A stretch of DNA of 64,000 nt from Vairimorpha necatrix (Eukaryota): assembly GCA_036630325.1 (NCBI GenBank), contig CP142731.1:806001-870000 (forward strand), given 5' to 3'. The notes below the pieces were generated by a model. It did not search any database, was not told the DNA's origin, and saw only the letters and a list, made by a program, of their open reading frames with translations. The position numbers were made by a program, and so were the translations under genes. Within the stretch, counting starts at the first letter, position 1, and every line of letters starts with the position of its first letter. This document shows, piece by piece, positions 57,898 to 64,000 of the stretch.

Positions 57898-60800
57898 TTT
57901 AGGGATAATAAAAAGTAAGGTTTATTTTCAAAACATTGATTCATATAACCAACATATGAGTCAATCACGACAATTTATTGATTTTTACTATTTTAAACTT
58001 TTTTATTTTTTTATTATTTTTTATATGCCATGAAATTTGCATTTTTGTCACACAATATTACTTATTGTTTACATTGTTATTTTGTAAATTTTTAAACAAA
58101 TCTACGTAAAGAATAAAACTAACATTTAACTTTATTTTAAAACCAATAATTTTTATTTAATTCAAATTTTATGACATATATTCTGACAGAAATGATTCGG
58201 AATATATAATCAAAATAAGAAGTCAAGAAGGTATACAAATAATTATATAAATAGAAAAAATAAAGTTAAGTTTTCAATGATACTTATTTCTGCATAAGTA
58301 ATAGATAATATGATACATAATAAAAATGGGCTGTATTTGGCTCTAACAAATTTTTATAAAAATCCCTACATTTTATTAATTTCATTTGCCAAGTTACTGA
58401 TCTTAGTCGTATTAAGATTACTCGAGACCAAATACTGCTCTATTTAATTCTCATCATTTCCGATTTGTGTTTTGAAGCGAATTTACAATTATTTTTCAGC
58501 TACAAACATAAAAGAAAATCATACCTATAGGGGTAAAAAATAGGTAAATATATATAGTTACAAAAACAATTCATACGCCGTTAATCATCACTGTCACAAT
58601 AGTGATAGATATGTGAACATTATGAAATTTTTTTAAAGATGTATTTAAAATATCTAGTTTCAAAGAAAAAATAATATGGCAGAAAGCAAAGAAAGGATTA
58701 AGCTTATATTTTTACGAGAATAAAATATAGCACAGAAATTAATATTATCATAGTAGTTCCTAAATAAGACATTTATCGTCTAATTGTTGCGTTAAATGAT
58801 TAAAAAACGATTAACATCATTAACTTTTATATTTTTTTAACCTTAAGCTATATAAAAATAGAAATTTTTTATAGTGATGGCGTTGGTCTTAATCTTGTGT
58901 CACTTTATTTTTTCAAAAATTTCAAAATTGAACTACACCATAGCTACTCAAATAAATTTTGATTTCAGACAAATTCTTTAACAGTACTTAAAGGTTTCAA
59001 AAATTATCTATGTTTTTTTTCTAATTTTGGATGCAATCTCGGCCAAATGATAAGACCATAAATTTATATGGCAAAAAAAACATAGAGGATGTTCAAAATT
59101 ATATATTTTTTTTATTTTATGGATTACTTAAGCCAAAAGTGCTATTATTAATATCTTTTAATTAAATAAAATTTGTACGATCGGAAGTCTGAAAACGAGC
59201 CTGTAGAATTTGAGAAAACTAAGAATATTATGTTATTTTTATTTATCTACTGTACATTACACTGGTACACAAAAATTTTATTTTAAGCCTTAATTTTTTT
59301 TACAATCGATAAATTTTGTTTTATTATTTATAATTTTGCTCATTCTAGACGAGGCCACTAAACACAGTAAGATAGTATGATTGTATTATTACAGAAAGAC
59401 CAATAATACACATTAGTTTTCCAATTTGTTCCCTAAAAATAAGCTGACTGGCCATAACATTTTAAAATTATAGTAAATTATCACAAAACTATATTTTTTT
59501 ATGAGACCCACACCGACAAAACATAAAAATAGCAATTTACAGTGTAAAAACAGAATTTTCTGAAATTTTCATAAGTAATATAAACCATGGATTAAATGGT
59601 ATTTTTGATTATCTTCATACTATCATCCCTTTTAGAACTATTTATATATGAGTTATAGAAAATAATTAAAGCAATCGATAATTATTAGAAAAAATATGTC
59701 AGTTTTAACTTCTTATATTATTGACAGACTATTAATATTCTTCCCAATTGCAAATATCTTTAAAATATCAACAAACTTTTTTTTCATTTTTATGTATAGA
59801 TTATGAAAAGTGTTTGCAGGGGTTTAATTTATAAATGCGCGATTTAAAATAATAACACGTTATCATCAATTATTTGTATATGTTGAAGATATGAAGCTAT
59901 AAAAAAATAAAATTCTTCCAAAACTTATAAATAATATGTCAACATATTGCTTTCGATTTTTAATTTGTAATTCTTTGTACCTCTAAATTGTATCACTTGA
60001 TTTATGTTATTTGAAACTTTAGAATTATGTACTCTTTTATTAATATCGCATTTTCAGGTTAAGAGATCCCCTCATAGAAAAGATCACGGATCTATTCTAT
60101 AGGCGGATCTTTTCTATTGATATAAAATATTTGAAATTTCTTTTAAATTTTTTTTGCTAATTTACACTCCATGAAAAAAATCTTACATGCTAAAAGAAAA
60201 ATTAGAAGGATTACATGCATTGCGTGCAACCAACGGCACCATAAGTGTCAGAGGACAAGCTATGTGCATACTGAGACTTGCCCCGCACAGGGAATGACGT
60301 GTGTTTTAACGGGCCTTTGGATAAACTAACATCATAGTTGTGATGACGGCGAAATACGTCAAACTCTAATTATATTATAAAGCCTAAAATACTATGTTTG
60401 GGCAACTACACAATTGTTGCTAAACATGTAGAAATTATCATTCTCAAATATTTAAGCAAATGCACTTCTGATGGGATGAAACTAAGGAAAGAAAAAGAGT
60501 TGGAAAACTCCACAACACCAAACAAGAATAAAACCTTTTTAAATAAAAAGTCATTAAAGCAGGCAGGCAGAAGTCGGCCTCACATTGTAAATCTGTACTT
60601 TTTTGATTCATTGATTTATTTGTATTACATGTCTTTAACTTGAATATTTGAGCATTAGTCAGTTTAAATTTAAAAAGCCGATATTGTGATTTTAATGATA
60701 TAGGAAAGTTCAACAGATGAAAATCGCCAAAGTTTAAGTATGTAAACAAAATTATGAAGGCGCACTCTTAAACTTCCCCATATATACGTCTTTCAAAAAT

Positions 60801-61287
60801 TCAATAATTTTTGAAAAGAAATATAAAAGAGGGGCAATAACCCCCCCCCCACTTTTCCAACTTCTTTTAACATTATAATACCAAGTAAATAGGCTATATC
60901 ACAAATCAATGCTGTTTTTTTTGATACTTTTCATTAGTTTAGACTAAGTTAGGGGGATTAATGCTAATTTTTGGCTAGATGAAACAATTTTATTGTGTGT
61001 AATATGTGTTTAGACACTCTATATCTTGATAATATTTCAATTTTAACACTTTAGCCATCATATGAAAAACATTTTTAGTTTTTTTGTCAAGTTTTTCACT
61101 CAGTTTAATTACTTAATTTCATTATTTGAAGTGTTTAATTTATTTGTAGATTATTTTTAAAAAAAACGTTCTAAAATGAATGATGCATGCCAAATTTTAC
61201 AACATCATAAGATTAAGTACATAGATTATGTTAATAATACGATAAAAATAGAGTTTAAATTATAATTTGTATTCGAATTTATATATA

Positions 61288-61873
61288 GGCTAAAGAGAAC
61301 TAACAGAACCGCCTTTGGGGTATTCATTTTATTTCCGAACCCCAAAAACGAAGTGCAAAAAAAGGAGGAGCAAAAAAGAGACAAAAACTATAAGCACTTA
61401 TAAAATTAAAAACAATAAATAAAGAAATAATTAGATACAAAAATGATTATAAATAAATTTTTGCAATTATCTTAATTTGATGCGTTTTTTACACTTCCGA
61501 TTTTTTAATTTTTTTAATTGTTGGTCTATTTAAAAAGAAACATTTATAGAAAATCTCCATTTATAATAAACAAACAATAAAAAAAATAATTACTACAGAG
61601 AAATAGAAAATTAAAATACACATTTTTTAATCTAAACTGTTTTTCTTAAAAAATTACATATTAAACGTGTTAAATTAATATGAAATACATAATTTAATGG
61701 AGACGTCCTTTTTTGAATATAATACTATATATAAATATTATTAAATTGGTTTTTTATATATAAGAATGCTTGTAATTGTGAGCCAATGTTTACAACTCAT
61801 TTTTTTGCACTTCATTTTTCGATTTCGAAAACAAATTGTACACCCGAAATGCGGGGCTGTAAGTGTCCCTGCT

Positions 61874-61875
<2 letters not shown>
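61288..61875. mobile_element. Mutator-type MITE (family A, diverged short copy 3)
   Basis: CGAACCCCAAAAACGAAGTGCAAAA..GGAGGAGCA TIR motif; 9-bp TSD TTATATATA on both sides. Confidence 0.75.

Positions 61876-61876
<1 letters not shown>

Positions 61877-61912
<36 letters not shown>
61877..61912. repeat. (TA)18 microsatellite
   Basis: Direct reading. Confidence 0.95.
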
Positions 61913-61915
<3 letters not shown>

Positions 61916-64000
61916 TTCATTTACCATTCTAAATTGAATAGTTCTGTATCTCATGGTCTTTACTATTTTGTGACTGCTTTTTATATATTTTTTCCGCACT
62001 CTTTAATGTTGCTAGGACTTTAATAAGATGCCATGCTTCGTAGCGCCTTTTAGTAAACTACTTTTAAATTTTATATTAAATTTAGCAGTGTTTGCAAAAA
62101 TTACAAACATTGGTGTGCCTCCAAATAAAATATCAACAATACAACTTATGTTTGTTTATATGACCCGATTGACAGACTTTAGGATGAGTCTGACAGACAT
62201 TTAAAAAAAATGAAAGATAATACTTACGAAATATGGCAGTGTGCAAAAGCACTACCATTACAGTAAGAATTTTTATTATTGTATGCTTTTTTTGTAACTT
62301 CATAAGAATCAATTTTAAAGCAAAATTTTTTTTAATGACTATGGAAAAGTATATGTACTCTCCAGCCAAAAAATTATTAAATTTAACTTTTAGCATGAAT
62401 GTCAAGTTTTAACAATTTTATAGAAAGCTGCTTTTTGTTATTTTGTGAAAAATTTTTACTTGTACATGAAGTTTTTTTGAATTTTACAATAAAGTAGAAA
62501 TTGTGCTTTTTTTTTAAAGCTGTCAAAATATGTTATTTTTTATTATTGTTTTAGAATCATTGTATGCCTTTAAGTTTTACAAATGTTTATAGATACATCA
62601 TTAATCAACAAATCCATCATTCATTTCTTTACTTTATCATATGACTATATAATTTAACCTTCAAAATTTAATAAAATTAAAAAATAATTATAAATTAAAA
62701 AAAAATATTTTTTGACCCTATGAAAATTATATTATTTTACGTTATTTTTGTTGTAAAGGACTGCAACTAGTATTAAACCAACATTATGATAAAATTTTTA
62801 ATGACATACATCAAATAAATTACTGTGTAATTGACAGTGGAAAGCAATACTTGATAGTAAATGTGTCTATTGATATTGAATCGCATATTTAGTTTTATAT
62901 GAAATATAGACATGAAACCAACAGAGTATCTTGTAAAAAATTTATACCTTTCACGTTTGAACTGCAATTATATAAAAAGAAGACATAATATATAGTCTGA
63001 TATTTTGAAAACGGTAATTTAGTAGGAACATAAAAGGTAGCAAAACTTTCATAATTTTAATTTATGATCAAAAAATAATATAACTGCAATCCATTATATG
63101 AAATGATATTCAATTCCATGAAAGATTCGAATGAGGAAATAAAAATAATTTGAACGTGCATCGCATTTGTATTATGAAAAATTTATTTAAAAAGGAGAAA
63201 TATGGGGCAGAATTTATTCAGCAATTGCCTTCGATAGTCATGATTGCAATGATGCTAGCATTACCCCAATGTTTCCTATATCATTCGTAAAAAATAACGA
63301 TATAAGAGCTATTATTTTTTCTATAAAATTAGATAACTTATATTTTTTCTTTGAAGTAAATATAAATTAACTTGACTTGAGTAATGTTATGTTTTATATC
63401 GAGATAAGGACACTACATGGTGCCGCAGTCGACAGAAAACTTAGTTTACATTACCATAAATTGTTTAAAAACTTTTTATTAATGACCTCAATATAGAATT
63501 TAAACAACCTAATATAAGTTTTTTTAGAATTAATGCTATTACTTTTTTGAAGTTTTCTAATTTAAAATTGAGTTAAAAAATAACAAAATAATTTTTACGT
63601 AACTCATGAAGAATATTTTTATAAATTTGTGACAAATGATAGTACAAATTTCAATGAACCCTTTATTAATAAGTCTTGTTTTCCGAATTTAAAATTTTTG
63701 TGGAAGTTTATCTCATAGGAAAAAGAGAAAGAGTATATATAATATATAAACTGCTTTATATGATATTTGACAGAGAAAAAAATAGATTTTTTATTAGAAA
63801 ACATTATTCTTAATCAAAAAACGCCATTAAACATTTTTGTGCTCACTTTTTATGCAGACAAATAATACATAAATTTGAGTTGAATAAAAATATAGGAAAA
63901 GATGAACTAGACGATCAAGAAAGAAATAACCAAAAAAAATAATGGGACACGTACCGACGTCTTATACACTTAAGTTTTGCATATTATTAAGGCTGAAAAG

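Noticed and set aside
61766-62023. ORFs with YIYIYI runs on both strands
   Set aside because: Products of the (TA)n tract and the MITE end

Overview
AT-rich eukaryotic DNA with compact, intron-less genes that have CCC/GGG motifs just before the ATG. This pattern points to a microsporidian (Nosema/Vairimorpha-like; inferred). Housekeeping genes include eIF3g, a p24 protein, TPS1, a TIS11-type CCCH protein, a Paf1-like protein, Hel2/ZNF598, PCM1, polo kinase, a CID protein, RPC40 and an intron-containing tRNA-Tyr. They are interspersed with many mobile elements whose ends and TSDs can be read directly: (1) an RT-less Ty3/gypsy element with identical 341-bp LTRs; (2) a protease-less Ty3/gypsy element with 38-bp LTRs nested in a MULE transposase; (3) a 55-bp-LTR TRIM-like element carrying a tRNA-headed, poly(A)-tailed SINE-like insert, with a second diverged copy elsewhere; (4) a Ginger-like integrase DNA transposon carrying a pseudo-tRNA; (5) three Mutator-type MITEs, one splitting a PH-domain gene; (6) an RLE-type LINE remnant. 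The most notable findings are five tandem paralogs fusing a telobox-type Myb domain to a domain that resembles the archaeal chromatin protein MC1, and LTRs miniaturised to 38-55 bp. Family assignments come from motif recognition by eye; no searches were run.
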